From contig JBHGNT010000015.1 of NCBI GenBank assembly GCA_043228905.1, forward strand, positions 8,122,001 to 8,186,000: a stretch of DNA of 64,000 bases, written 5' to 3'. The DNA is from Azolla caroliniana. Its lineage: Eukaryota > Plantae > Polypodiophyta. Below are positions 49,201-60,875 of the stretch, piece after piece. The position numbers and the translations under genes are program-made. The notes under the pieces were generated by a model that ran no database searches, was not told the origin of the DNA, and saw nothing but the letters and a program-made list of their open reading frames with translations. Positions within the stretch are counted from its first letter, which is position 1. Every line of letters begins with the position of its first letter.

Positions 49201-49518
49201 GTCATAGATAAGAATAGGACTCGATGAAAACTCTAAAAAAAGCATAAAAAAGAAAGCAAGGGAAGCTTATCCAGTGGAAGAGAACTTTATATAAAGGAAG
49301 AAGAGTAAGGTGGTGTGAGGGAGTCTCTTTCATGTGATGTTTTCTTGCCTATTCACGTAGTGTTGGTTGAGTTGTTACCAATTTATCCTTGTAGACTTGG
49401 ATTTATGTATCTTCTTTCTCTCTTCCTTCCATCATAATTATTCATTAGCAATAGATCTTTGTGGTTTTGGGTCTGTTTATCTTCCTTACCTCTCCTTTCT
49501 ATCATCTCTACCTCATCA
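46228..49518 (+). mobile_element. Small non-autonomous Gypsy 'L', LTRs 46228-46856 and 48878-49518, TSD ACATG
   Basis: Homologous LTRs; ACATG at 46223-46227 and 49519-49523; PBS TGGCGCTCCAGGGAGGG at 46860; PPT at 48855-48872. Confidence 0.93.
47013..48623 (+). CDS. 536-aa ORF of L: gag-like N-terminus, acidic middle, collapsed RT fragments
   Basis: RFKAGI; FVSPIVVVPK, INFQHLNDSTKRD.FLLPF..EIIDEM and VICQEGI..KIKVI pieces; no YxDD. Confidence 0.65.
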   Translation: MVSSMCYLEYEKTFLDIWSTWIRLVGGVEDVYFQMQRFKAGIDPYFQYEVHMKYPRSFHALLRVCQSYDQQLKKLLFGEAYGVSTSYTINPSYNNCGSVMSQQPTYLQCLIQQVPSYHYFNFWSYNDVYEDDFRDKEEEVMNVEFPHIVHEDKHDIKNDDVKDESKEIVMRRDVMDGDANVHHVEDIIDTTSDMVVDDEYVQDEMEDMTEKVVDGDVPTTELQDEEGNLEVIAGDWLLEINACKEALVSAKLQCMKVFVQDLCFGFALSSNKVMWASTLQQQFDQEPTELLIMHDWSIMNLSPSKDPPQLIKCIKEKESSIDNGKQEEESITIDESSWDRENKSFHMVSKEEEEVIEEKSIITLKGKKKMISNDVQGEEDLRFISLVFKFPKLFINDYSQIRVEGIKHHIKLEDLKFVSPIVVVPKEKDINFQHLNDSTKRDLFLLPFRDEIIDEMVKHTKQGSVENVICQEGIHVESKIKVIQKVTTPTSLEALKVFVQKVCSLKRFIHMLTCLLLSRVMYRMDLLVFGKLMKIY

Positions 49519-49715
49519 ACATGGTTGAGCCTCGGGGAGCCGCCATGAAAAAAATCGATATAGAGATCAGGGAAAGACATTTATTTGTCACCCCACCATA
49601 GTAACCTGATCTTGAACCTCATCTCACACGTCTAGAGGGGTATTGATGTGAGATCATGATATCGATTAATGTTTGCCCATGATATGTTTACATCACGACA
49701 TGATGTTATGACTAT

Positions 49716-52700
49716 TTGTCTGACCTTATCCTATTTCTAATGGTCCATTACAATTTTGTCACAATTTTTAAGGGCCAATTTCTGCAACCTCCCTCTCGAA
49801 CCGAGGCAGCTCAAGCTTTAGTGGACCTCTCTAGCAGGAAGTTTTCCTCGCTAGAAGACTATGTCCACCATGCTAGAACCCAAATCCAAAAATCAGGTCT
49901 AGAAGGGGACAATTGGTTAATAGCTTGTTTTGTCAATGGCATCCCCAATTCGGACTATCATTGGATAGTGCACGATAAGGATCCAAAATCCTTCGAAGAG
50001 GCCGTTGAAATAGTTCTTCACTATCAACGCACTTCGAAGAAGGACCACAACAAACCAACGAAGCGCCCAGGACTAAGCACTTGCAATTCTCTAGGAAACG
50101 CAAGACACCCAACGAATTCATGGATCGTGATTGTAAGCGGTGACATCCTTTTTGCGTATTCTGCAAAAAGAAGGGTCTTACAAAAGAGTAATGTCAAAAA
50201 CTCCAAAGGAAAGAGCACGACAACAAAGCAAAAGTTGCAAACCATAAAGGTCAGATTCCTAATGTCCTTCAGGTCTATACACATCATTTAAGTAATTGTC
50301 AATGTTCTTTCCCTCACTATGTATTGGGTCCCAATGATTTACTACATGCAAACGGGTATATCAATGGATTTCCCGTACAATTTTTGTTTGATTCGGGAAG
50401 CTCACACAACTTTGTGAATGATCGTTTGGTTCAGATATGGGGAATCCAACCCACCGTAAGTGATCACACCTATACGGTGCACTTGGCTGATGGAAGAGTA
50501 CAATACATCAACGGGGCGATTCATTCATTAGGAATTTCTATTAATACTTATATAGAGGAAGTAAACTTCCATGTAATGAATCTTGGTACCACCGATGTAA
50601 TATTGGGTTATCCCTAGTTCTATAATAAAAACTCTTCTTTATCTATTGATTGGGTTCATCATTCAATAACTTTTGTACTGAATGATTGTACTCATTTTAT
50701 TCAATGTGTAAAAAAAAACAATCCCTCTCCATCAATATTCGAGTTGTCTTGTTCTACTCTATTTTATTGTGTACTTGATCCGGACATTCACGTTTACAAT
50801 ATCGATAATGTCTCGGTTCAATTAACATATTTTGAACAACAACTTGATGAAATCTTAAATGATTTTCGTGATGTTTTTCCGAGTAAACTACCAGATGGGT
50901 TACCTCCTAAACGTAATATAGACCATCGTATAGATATTGTACCTAGCGTTGCACCAATAAGTATGCCTCCTTATCACTTAAGTCGATCCAAAGAGGATGA
51001 GGTATCTAAGCAACTCAAGGACTATTTACGAATGGGTTATATACGTTATAGTAAATCTCCATGGGTTGCACCAGTTCTCTAGGTTGAAAAGAAAGAGGCA
51101 CATGGCGTATGTGTATTAATTACCGACGCTTGAATAAAGTGACGATCTAATTGACCGTCTCCAGGGAGCTCGATATTTTACGAAACTTGATCTCCATACT
51201 GGCTACCATCAAAAAACGGCATTTCGTACGCGATATGGCCATTATGAGTTTTTGGTTATGCCTTTGGTTTGACCAATGCTCCGGCTACATTTCAACAAGA
51301 AATGAATGACATTTTCCGAGAACAACTTGGAAAATTTGTCGTTATTTTCTTGGATGATATTTTAGTTTATAGCCATACATTACAATAACATGCTAAACAT
51401 GTCCGCTTTGTTTTACAAACATTGCGTGACAAACAATTTTATGCGCGAGAAGTTAGATCATTCCTTGGTTTTGCTGGGTTTTTGAGAAAATCCCTTCGTA
51501 ATTACTCCCAATTGACAACGCCGTTTACTGATCTTCTAAAAGGTCAAACGCGTAAGTCTACAAAAACTATTGTGTGGAATGCTACACTAGACCTTGCCTT
51601 TAAGGAACTAAAGGACCTGGTGTGCAAGGCTCCTTCACTTCTTTTACCTGATCCTTCAAAACCTTTTGAGGTTGAAACCAATGCAAGCGATTATGTTATA
51701 GGTGATGTCTTATATCAAGATGGTAAACCAATAGCATTCGAGAGTAAGAAACTTCATTTTGCTCAATGTCGGTACACCATTCAAGAAAAGGAGTTATTTG
51801 CAGTTATACATGCACTCAAAACATGGCGCCATTATCTTTATGGTAACTACGGACCACGAGTCCTTGAAATATTTTTGTGACCAACAAGACCTGAAAGGTT
51901 GTAAGGCACGATGGGCTGATCTCATCCATGACTTTGATTTTTCCATACGATATCGTAAAGGTTTCATGAACACTGTCGCTGATGCACTAAGTCGCATCCG
52001 TGAAGTTAACATGCTTAGCTTCACTGAAATAACATCATATCTTTATGATCACCTTCGAGGAAAGTATCCTGATGACAGTTATTTTGCGAAATATTGGGCA
52101 AGAGTTCAGTCTAGAACAGACGCCACCACATCCTCGAAGGAATACTTTCACATTGCTAGCAGTATGCTCTACCGTAATGGGAAGGTTTGTGTTCTAGATT
52201 TGCATGAGGTCAAAAAGAGAATTCTTTTTGAATGCCATGATGCACCCTCAGTAGGGCACCCTGTAATACATCGTACACTCGTTCTTATCTCCATTAAATT
52301 CTATTGGCCTAAGATGCATCATGACATACATAGCTATGTGGCTAAATGTCACCAATGTTATGTTAACAAAGCCGAGTGACTTAAAGCCGCAGGACTTTTA
52401 CATCCCTTGGACATTCTCAATAATAAGTGGGAAAGTATATCCATGGATTTTATTGTTAGCCTTCCTCGCACCCAAAAAGGTCCTGATGCCATCTGGGTTG
52501 TGGTTGATAGACTAACTAAAATGGCCAGATTTATTGCTACTAAAACCACAGTAACAGCTCCTGAATTGGCTTACCAATTCGTTGATGATTTATTTCATTT
52601 GTATGGGTTACTGATGGATATCGTGAGTGATCGAGATCCAAAGTTTACTAGTGACTTCTGGACGCAAGTCTTTAAGAAAATAGAAACTACATTGAGCATG

Positions 52701-53511
52701 AGCTCCACGGATCATCCTCAATCCGATGGACAGACAGAACGAGTAAATCAAATTATTGAGGACATGCTTCAAGCATACGTTGGTGCAAAACCAACAAAAT
52801 GGAAACGTTATCTCCCAAATTTGGAGTTTGGTTATAGCAACTCCAAGCATACATCGATGAGATATAGTCCTTTTATGTTGATATATGGTTTTCAGCCACG
52901 AGACCCGATTGATGTTAATATACATCATGATGAGTTGCAAAGTACGCAAAAATTTCTTTGGGATATGCAAGATATGTTGCATATTGCACGAGATAATATA
53001 AAAACAACTCGAGATAGAGCGCGTTTTTATGCCAATCATCATAGTCAACCTCGTGTATTCAACCCTGGACAAAAGGTATTTTTACGTGTACCTCACAATT
53101 CTAAGACATTGTCTAAGGGTAAGTGCGCTAAGTTAGCCCCACAGTTTTGTGGACCTTTTATAGTCCTCAAACGCGTTCTGTCATCAGCCTATTGTCTCGC
53201 TCTTCCCGATGGTGTTGAAATTCATCCAATTTTTCATGTGAGTCGTCTAAAAGAACTTCTAGGTTCTAGCGATAATGCGGTTACAACTAAAACTTTAGTT
53301 ACTTCTGAAGAATTATCTTCTAAACCACATGTACCAGAAAGAATTCTCGATGTTAAAACAAAAACATTACATACTAAAGAAATCCGAGAATTTAAAATAA
53401 AATGGATGGATAAATCAATAAAAGATGCCACATGGGAACGCGAAAATACTCTCATGACTAACTTCCCTAACTTTGCATTGCAAGAGTGCAATGTTTTAAA
53501 GAGGGGGAGTA
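49716..53511 (+). pseudogene. Decayed gag-pol of K with chromodomain
   Basis: LFDSGSSHNF, FLDD, NASDYVIG, ISMDFI, GPF and PERILD..IKW..ATWE motifs. Confidence 0.9.
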
Positions 53512-53949
53512 TGTTACGGGCATGACCATATAATATCCTGTGGTGAGAATTTACCATAGTATTCTATACACGTGGATAAGTGTGAGGGTTAAACGAGAGT
53601 GTAAAGAAGGGGAGGATTACTTTTAATCCTCGGGATTGAGACAACCCATTAGGCCAAGTGTGAACTTGCATGGGGGCCTCGGGTATCGCTATAATTAAGA
53701 GGCCTAGCTACCCTCATTTCATCATCTTTTGACTACGTCGAGACTCTATTCTTGTGGTGGGTCAACTCTTGTAGTGAGCGCGCCAGCACCAGGTACGACT
53801 CGACGCCATGATGGTGGTATGGGACACCGATCGAGGGGTGGTCGGGTGGATCGGCATCCTTCTTTCTCTCTCTCCTTTCTATCTATCTTTTATCCTTATC
53901 CTTTGCTTACATTACTTCATATCTCTAATAGCTACTCTCTACACATTAA

Positions 53950-56808
53950 CTATATGTCATAGAATCATATTCTATGACACATAACTAATGAGTTTCATAT
54001 TCCCCGTGACTAATGAGTCTTCACATTCCCAAGAGAGAGTATTGTTGATCTACCGACATTCGAGTATTGTAACCGACATGCACAATATGTCGAACGTTTA
54101 GCTATGAACGTTCTATCAAGATGATTGTGGTGAGAAATGGATAGAACGTACTAGTCAGTAATCAGAATTTGTTCACTAGTAACTGCGATCGACTACTGGC
54201 CTTAATATAATTATTTAGTAGACATAGAATCAGAGTTCGACATAGATAGTAGTGCTGAATAATAAGAGTACAATTGACACATAGATATACTTTAACTACT
54301 AACTTATATTAATTCAAAATAGAACGATAGGATTACAATGCTCTCGGTCCCTTTTTTACATGTGATCCGAGAGTCTCTATTCAAGATTTACACTTGTCAT
54401 GTTTGGCAAGAACTACGACAAAACTGTCCTAACTAACTCTAATATTTTTCCTACATGGCAAAAATATATTATTTTATTTCTGATTCATCGATCCGACTAG
54501 GACCCTTTCACACTGGTTCGACTCCAAACATTGTCGACCCTAATAGCCGATCGGCTAACACTTGGCACATCCGTGGGACAGTGCCTTGCACGGTCGAAAC
54601 TACCCTTTACTCCTGCTAATGATTGTCCTCAGGTCCGGTGTCAACCTTGTCCTCGTCGTTTAGGATGTTGAACAATGTTGGTTCCTCCTCGTTCTGGTGT
54701 CGGTGTCGGTCGCATGGGGTTTGTCCTCTATGCGTTGTGTGGATTCGGCTTCCATTTGCTTCGGCTCAGAGTCGCCTTCCTACTCGTTCATTTTCTTGGA
54801 ATGTTCTGAAGGTGAGTTATTGTTTTCGGGCTCCAAGTCGGCATGTTGTTGTTGATACTTGCATTCATATCCATCCAGTCGTACAACCATGTCAATCTCA
54901 TGGTCGTCGTATTCTTCCATGAGTCATGTGATCTCCTCTCGATGGGTTGCATCCAACTCATACAGATCTCGTGCCAGATCCTCTTGGACGGTATTAAGGG
55001 ATGCTTCTTCCATCTTGAAGAAGGTTGTGCCTTGCTCCTTCCGGTCTTCTTTGTCAGCCCGTAGAAGTTGCAATTCGGCTGCCTGTGCCGACCAAGCCCG
55101 CGAGCCTTTATCCAGTGAGTCGATGACCAGCTGATGTGTTCAATGCTTGTGGGCCCTCAAGATGAGGTTCGCTTTCTCTTCACCCATACTCACCTATTAT
55201 TGCATTGTGCCGAGCTCCTGGCGAGCTCCTTCCTCATCTCCGCCAGGCGAGCCTCTACCGACCCTTTGTCGAACATTATCTTTGCTTCAGCCACTAGGAG
55301 TGCTAAGCGTTTCTCCTCATACTTCGCCTCAAGTTTGCTATATTGTTGTGTCAAATCCTTCTTCTCATTTTCGATTTGGGTCTTATGTTGTTGGTATTCC
55401 GTATGGAGTTCCGTCTTTTCGAGCTCGAGCTGAATCAACTACTTGGCTTGTTATTCCTCCTAGAATCGAATATATTCCTCCAACTCCTCCACTTTTTCCT
55501 GCTCCTGCCTTGTTATTTCCTTTTGTTGTATGACTAACTATTTCAATTCCCAGATGTCCTTGTCCTTGGCATCCAGTAGGAACCCTATCTGTGTTTTAGC
55601 TAATTGGATCCGTTCCTCCATCTTCTTCACCTTAGCTTTTGTTGTCTCGGCTCATTGCTTAGCCTGTTTGACCTCGTTCTCTGTTGCTTGAAGTTGATTC
55701 CATAAGTGTTTGTCAAATACATGTGGAATCCCTGCAAAAGTCGCAAAGTTGCATATGGTCATCAGTTTCCTTCACTTTTTCTTCTACCTCTCGAAGCCGT
55801 TCCGTCAATTCGGCGTTATCCTTCTGTAAAGTTGAACATTGATCATGCAAACAGTCGGCTACCATCATTGCCCACTTGCATGCCTCCTCCATATCTTTTT
55901 CCACCTTATTCGTTCTGGCGTATTCTCTATGTACTTCGACTAAGGTTGTGTGAAGAGGCGGCATTTGAATTGCATGTCCCCTGTTTTTGGCATCTCTCAG
56001 CCAACCAATTCTTTGTAGCTCCATTTGTTCCTCCAATTTGATCACACCAAGCATGGCTTTCTGAATCATTTCTCGATCCTTGTGCTCCTATGCCAACATT
56101 TCAGATGTGTGATGCAGACGTTTAGTGAGCCAGTCCACAAGTTCGTAAGATGGACTGAATTGTAGTAACGCCGCAAACTCGTGGGCTGCCGGTGGTATTT
56201 CAGGTAAACCAAATACTTCATTCGGGGTCATCGATGATGATTTCCCACTCTCCATCGGTTGTATGTCAACTGCTTCGAATCGTGCCTCATTTTGTGTTTC
56301 TATGTGCACTGGCTATTAAGCCAACTACTGAGAATCAACCCATTGTCTCTTAGTTGGCTCTCTTCTTCGGTTTCAGGGTACCTCCGACGTTTTTGCTTTG
56401 TCCTCAATATTTGTGGTCATGACTGACATTCCAGCTCAGGTTCAGATTGCGGTTTCTGAGTTGGGTTCGACTCCGGTACTTGGGTTTTAGTTGTGAGATT
56501 CGGAGTCGGTGTAGGCTCCAATTGTTGTTGGTTTTCATTTTGGGGTTGTTGGGTGGGCTCTGCTTGTTGGGTGTCGGCCTGTGTCGGTTCCGGTTCCGGT
56601 CACTCTACACATGGAACTTCTCTCCGAACTATTGGTGTCGATCATGGTTGTGACAGCTACCCCGTTTTCCCCCGTGAGGTGTTACACTGATCATCAGCCT
56701 TAGTCGTCAGAAAATTTAATGTAAGCCACTGCCCGAAAATCAATTTCATTGGCTTTCCTTTTTGCACCCCTTTTAACTGCTCTCGAAGTGCTTCCCCTAT
56801 GAGATACC
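53950..56808 (-). mobile_element. Athila/Tat-like Gypsy 'C' 3' portion: decayed extra ORF (54616-56808) and 3' LTR (inner edge 54560; outer edge approximate)
   Basis: MPPLHTTLVEVHRE and IGEALRE..GK...QWLT are homologous to A and B; TAACA followed by CTTGGCACATCCGTGGGAC at 54556-54579. Confidence 0.78.
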
Positions 56809-57069
56809 TGAACAGAAATAACGCTCAACCACAACCGAGTCTAAAACAACCAATCAAAGAGAACAAAATGAAATGGAGGTTGATGCACTTCTATAAGCAA
56901 CAAAGAGGACACATGATGTTTACGTGGAAAACCTAAATAGGGAAAAACCACGGAACCCAACAGACTCCAATTATCACTATATGAGAAAAGAGTACAATAG
57001 AACACTCTAGGCAACGACCTCGAGCTCTGTATCTTTGCCAACCGGCGGTTACAACAAAAACTGGTTTAG

Positions 57070-57113
<44 letters not shown>

Positions 57114-60100
57114 CAACAATGATACAACTAACAACATTCTTTCAATGATTGCCCTAAGTCATATTTATACTTATATGACTTTAAGACTATTTACAAATAT
57201 AGCCTTTACAGGCACATCAAAAACATATTTGCAGATATGTCCCTAGATCTCGTCTAGTCCGGTTGCTGCATCCGGTTTGGTTCCTTCCTTCAGCTCGTCC
57301 GATCTAGCTCTTCCGGTTCTCATCTGGATGCCATCCGGAGGACCGAATTCCCAACAAACTCCCCCTTCACTCTGGCATGGGATTTCTTGTTAGTTCGATC
57401 CGTCTCCGGCACGTGTCCAGTTTGTTGGTTGTCAGCACCTTGGTCAGCATATCCTACCCATTCTTCTCCGTCTGGATCTTCGTCAACACGAAGTCTTGGT
57501 CTTCTACCCTCTCCCGAAGCTAGTGATATCTTCTCTGGATGTGCTTGGTACGGGAATGGTAGGCCACATTCTTTGCAAGGTGGATGGCACTTTGGTTATC
57601 GCACTCTTGTCGGATCCCTAACTCCCCGATAAAGTCCTTCATCCAGATTACTTCCTTGCCAGCTTCCACAACTACCATGTACTCCGCTTCCGTTGTTGAC
57701 AGTGCAACAGACTTTTGCAGCCTTGACTGCCACGATACGGCTCCCCCTGCATATGTCATGACCTAACCAGATGTAGACCGGGTGGTATCCGCATCAACCG
57801 ACATATCCGAATCCATAAAGCCTTCCAGTTGGTGTTTACCTGAGCGGAATCGGAGGCACATACTCAAGGTGCCTTTTAGGTACCGGAGTATCCACTTGAC
57901 CGTGTTCCAGTGTTCTCTTCCCGGATTGCTCATGAACTGCCTAACCCTCCGACTGCGTAGCTGATATATGGTTGGGTGCACACCATCTCGTACATCAAGC
58001 TTCCGACGGCAGAGGAATATGGTATCTTCATCATATCCAACTTCTCTGTCTTTGTCTTCAGGCTCTGCTTTCTGGACAACTTCCAACTTGCCGAAAGTGT
58101 CGACCCAACCAGCTTCACATCCAACATGTTGAACTGTTTAAGCACCTTCATCACGTATTTTTCCTATGACAGCCATAGCAATTTCTTCGACCAGTCCCAG
58201 ACTATGTGCATCCCCAGTATCTGTCTTGCCGAACCCAAGTCTTTCATTGAGAAGGTCTGGTTCAAGGCCTTCTTCAGCATCCCGATTTTGGTTCGGTCTG
58301 GTCCGACGATCAACATATCGTCGACATATAGCAGGAGTATCAGGAAGTCTCCTCCGCTAAAATTCTTCACGAATACGTAGTGGTCAACTTGCATCCTGTG
58401 GTACCGTTGGTCGGTCATCAAGGAGTCAAACTTCCAATACCATTTCCAGGGTGCTTGCTTCAGTCCGTATAGGCTCTTCTTCAACCGGCATACTAGGTCC
58501 TCCTTCCCCCGTCACGAATCCCTCCGGTTGCTGCATGTAGATCTCCTCCTCGAGGTCCCCGTGGAGGAATGTCATCTTAACATCGATTTGTTCAACCTCG
58601 AGGTCTGTGCTTGCCGCTATGCTCAACAGAACCCATATAGATGTCATCTTTACTACCGGGGCAAAGATCTCATCGAAGTCTACTCCTTTCTTCTCTTGGA
58701 AATCCTTCACCACGATCCGGGCCTTGTACCTCGGTGGATTTCCCGCGTCTCCAAGTTTTAGCTTGTACACCCACTTGTTCTAGAGTTCCCTCTTTCCTTT
58801 CGGCAACTCTGTTAGTTCGTATGTGTGGTTCTCATGCAGGGAATCCATCTCGTCCCGCATGGCACTCAACCACTTGCGGTTGTGGGTGTCTTTCTTTGCT
58901 TCTTCGAAGCTTTCCGGCTCACCTTCATCGGTTAGGAACACATCCTCTGCCTCCGGAAATCTCCGGGGGGCTCTTCTCTCTGTGAGGGGATATCTTCTTC
59001 CTTGGTTCTCAACTTCCTGTTCCTCCATTTGTTCTTCATCCGAATCTGATTCGGGGTCTCGTCCGGTTCTGGTGTCCTGATCTTCTTCTTCTTCGATCGG
59101 TTCGGTCTCTTGTCTGACTCTGGACGGTTCTTCGAGTGTTATCTGACTTCCGGCTGGATGGGTCCCGTTGGTCAATCCAAAGTCTGCTATCTTCTTCTTC
59201 GACTCTTAGTCGGAAATACTCTTGTCTTCCATGAAGACTATGTCCCAACTCCGGAACACCTTTTGTTGACCAAATCCCACACTCGGTATCCAAACACATC
59301 ATCACCGTATCCAAGGAATATGCATTGGCGGGACTTCGGATCCAACTTTTCTCTCTTTTCCTTTGCTACATGCAAGTAGGCGAGACAACCAAACACCTTC
59401 CGATGCCGGTAAGATACATCTTTACCGGTCCATACTCTCTACAGTGTGTCTCCGTCCAAGTGTGTTGAGGGTGATCTGTTTATCACATAGGTCATCGTCA
59501 TTAGCGCCTCAGCCCAAAACGCCTTGGATAACTTTACATATGCTAGCATTATTTGAAATCTCTCCATTATGGTCCGGTTCATCCATTCAACTAGTTCATT
59601 CAGTTCCGGTGTCTTCGGCACGGTGAATTCGAGCCGGATTCCCTTCGACTGCCAGTACTCCTCGAACTGCCCCCGGTGTTCGCCTTCATTATCTGCTCGA
59701 ACCGCCTTTAGCTTCCGGCCGGTTTCCCTTTCCACTCTCACGTGGAAGTCCTTGAAGATGGAGAGTACCTGGTCCTTCTTCTTCAACGGTGAGACCCACA
59801 ACTTCCGGTTGTGGTCACCTATGAACATCACGAAGTACTACGATCCGGCATGTGACTTCGTGTCCACTTGACACACATCGGTATGCACCAGCTCTAGTGG
59901 TGCATTCCGTCTCATCCGTGGTCTTGACCAGAAGGAGGTTCGGTTTTGCTCGCCGGCCAAGCAATCGGTGCACTTCTCAAGATGCACGTCTTTCATCTCC
60001 AGAATGAGGTTATCTTCGGCAAGTTTTCTCATCCCCTTCTGGCTCATATGGCCCAAACTCTTGTGCCATAACTCACTGGCAATGTCAGACACTACGTTCA

Positions 60101-60875
60101 CTTCTTCCCAGCATATCCGGGCATGCATCAGGTACAATGTGTTGACCTTCCAGGCTCGAACCACGATCAAGCTCCCTTTGCAAAACTTCATGACTCCGTT
60201 CCGGATGCTACCCATGTAGCCTTCATCATCTAGTCAACCGGCTGATATCAGGTTCAACCAAACCTCCGAAACGTGTAAGACATCCTTCAACAGCAACTTG
60301 CACCCAGTTGATGTCATCAACCACACATCTCCTATGCCGACAATTCGGCATGCACCTTCATTCCCCATCCGGACAAAACCGTGACCTCCGGAACTATACG
60401 ATGAGAAGCACTTCCGATCGGGGGTCAGATGGAACGAGGCACCAAAGTCGACCACCCATGTCGTTTCGTCATTGACAAGATGCAGCTCACTCTCCTCAGT
60501 GATTAGCAACAATTCTTCTTCACTTGTCGCGATCGCCGACATTCCTCTCCTTTCTGAAATCTTCTTCGGTTCCGAAATGTCGGTTTCTCCTTTGGATTTC
60601 CAGAAGTGTCGACAATTCTTCTGGAAGTGCCCCGACTTCCCATAGTAGAAGCACATGGGTCTCCCCCTTGACTTCGACCTCGTCCCCGATTTGTCCTAGT
60701 TTTGGGGACTCCGATTCCGGCCTCTTCTCCGGTTATGGTCATCTTCCATGACCAAGGCCTTTGGATAGGTTCCGCACTCCCGGTCCTCCCGGCGAGCTTC
60801 TTCATTCAACAAACTTGATTTTACCCTTGCTAGGGACAATTGTTTTCCTTCCGGCCCAACGTTGCCCAAAGTGAC
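56809..60875 (-). mobile_element. Degenerate copia 'D' (F-related), 3' LTR 56809-57356, interrupted in gag by E
   Basis: Minus-strand CCHC, PR, INT, RT and RH fragments; PPT at 57359-57369. Confidence 0.9.

Larger units (their letters stand above)
44609..53930 (+). mobile_element. Chromodomain Gypsy 'K', LTRs 44609-45069 and 53512-53930, TSD (A/G)CTAC
   Basis: Homologous LTRs; PBS TGGTATCTGAGC at 45072-45083 (iMet-like); PPT at 53498-53509. Confidence 0.93.
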
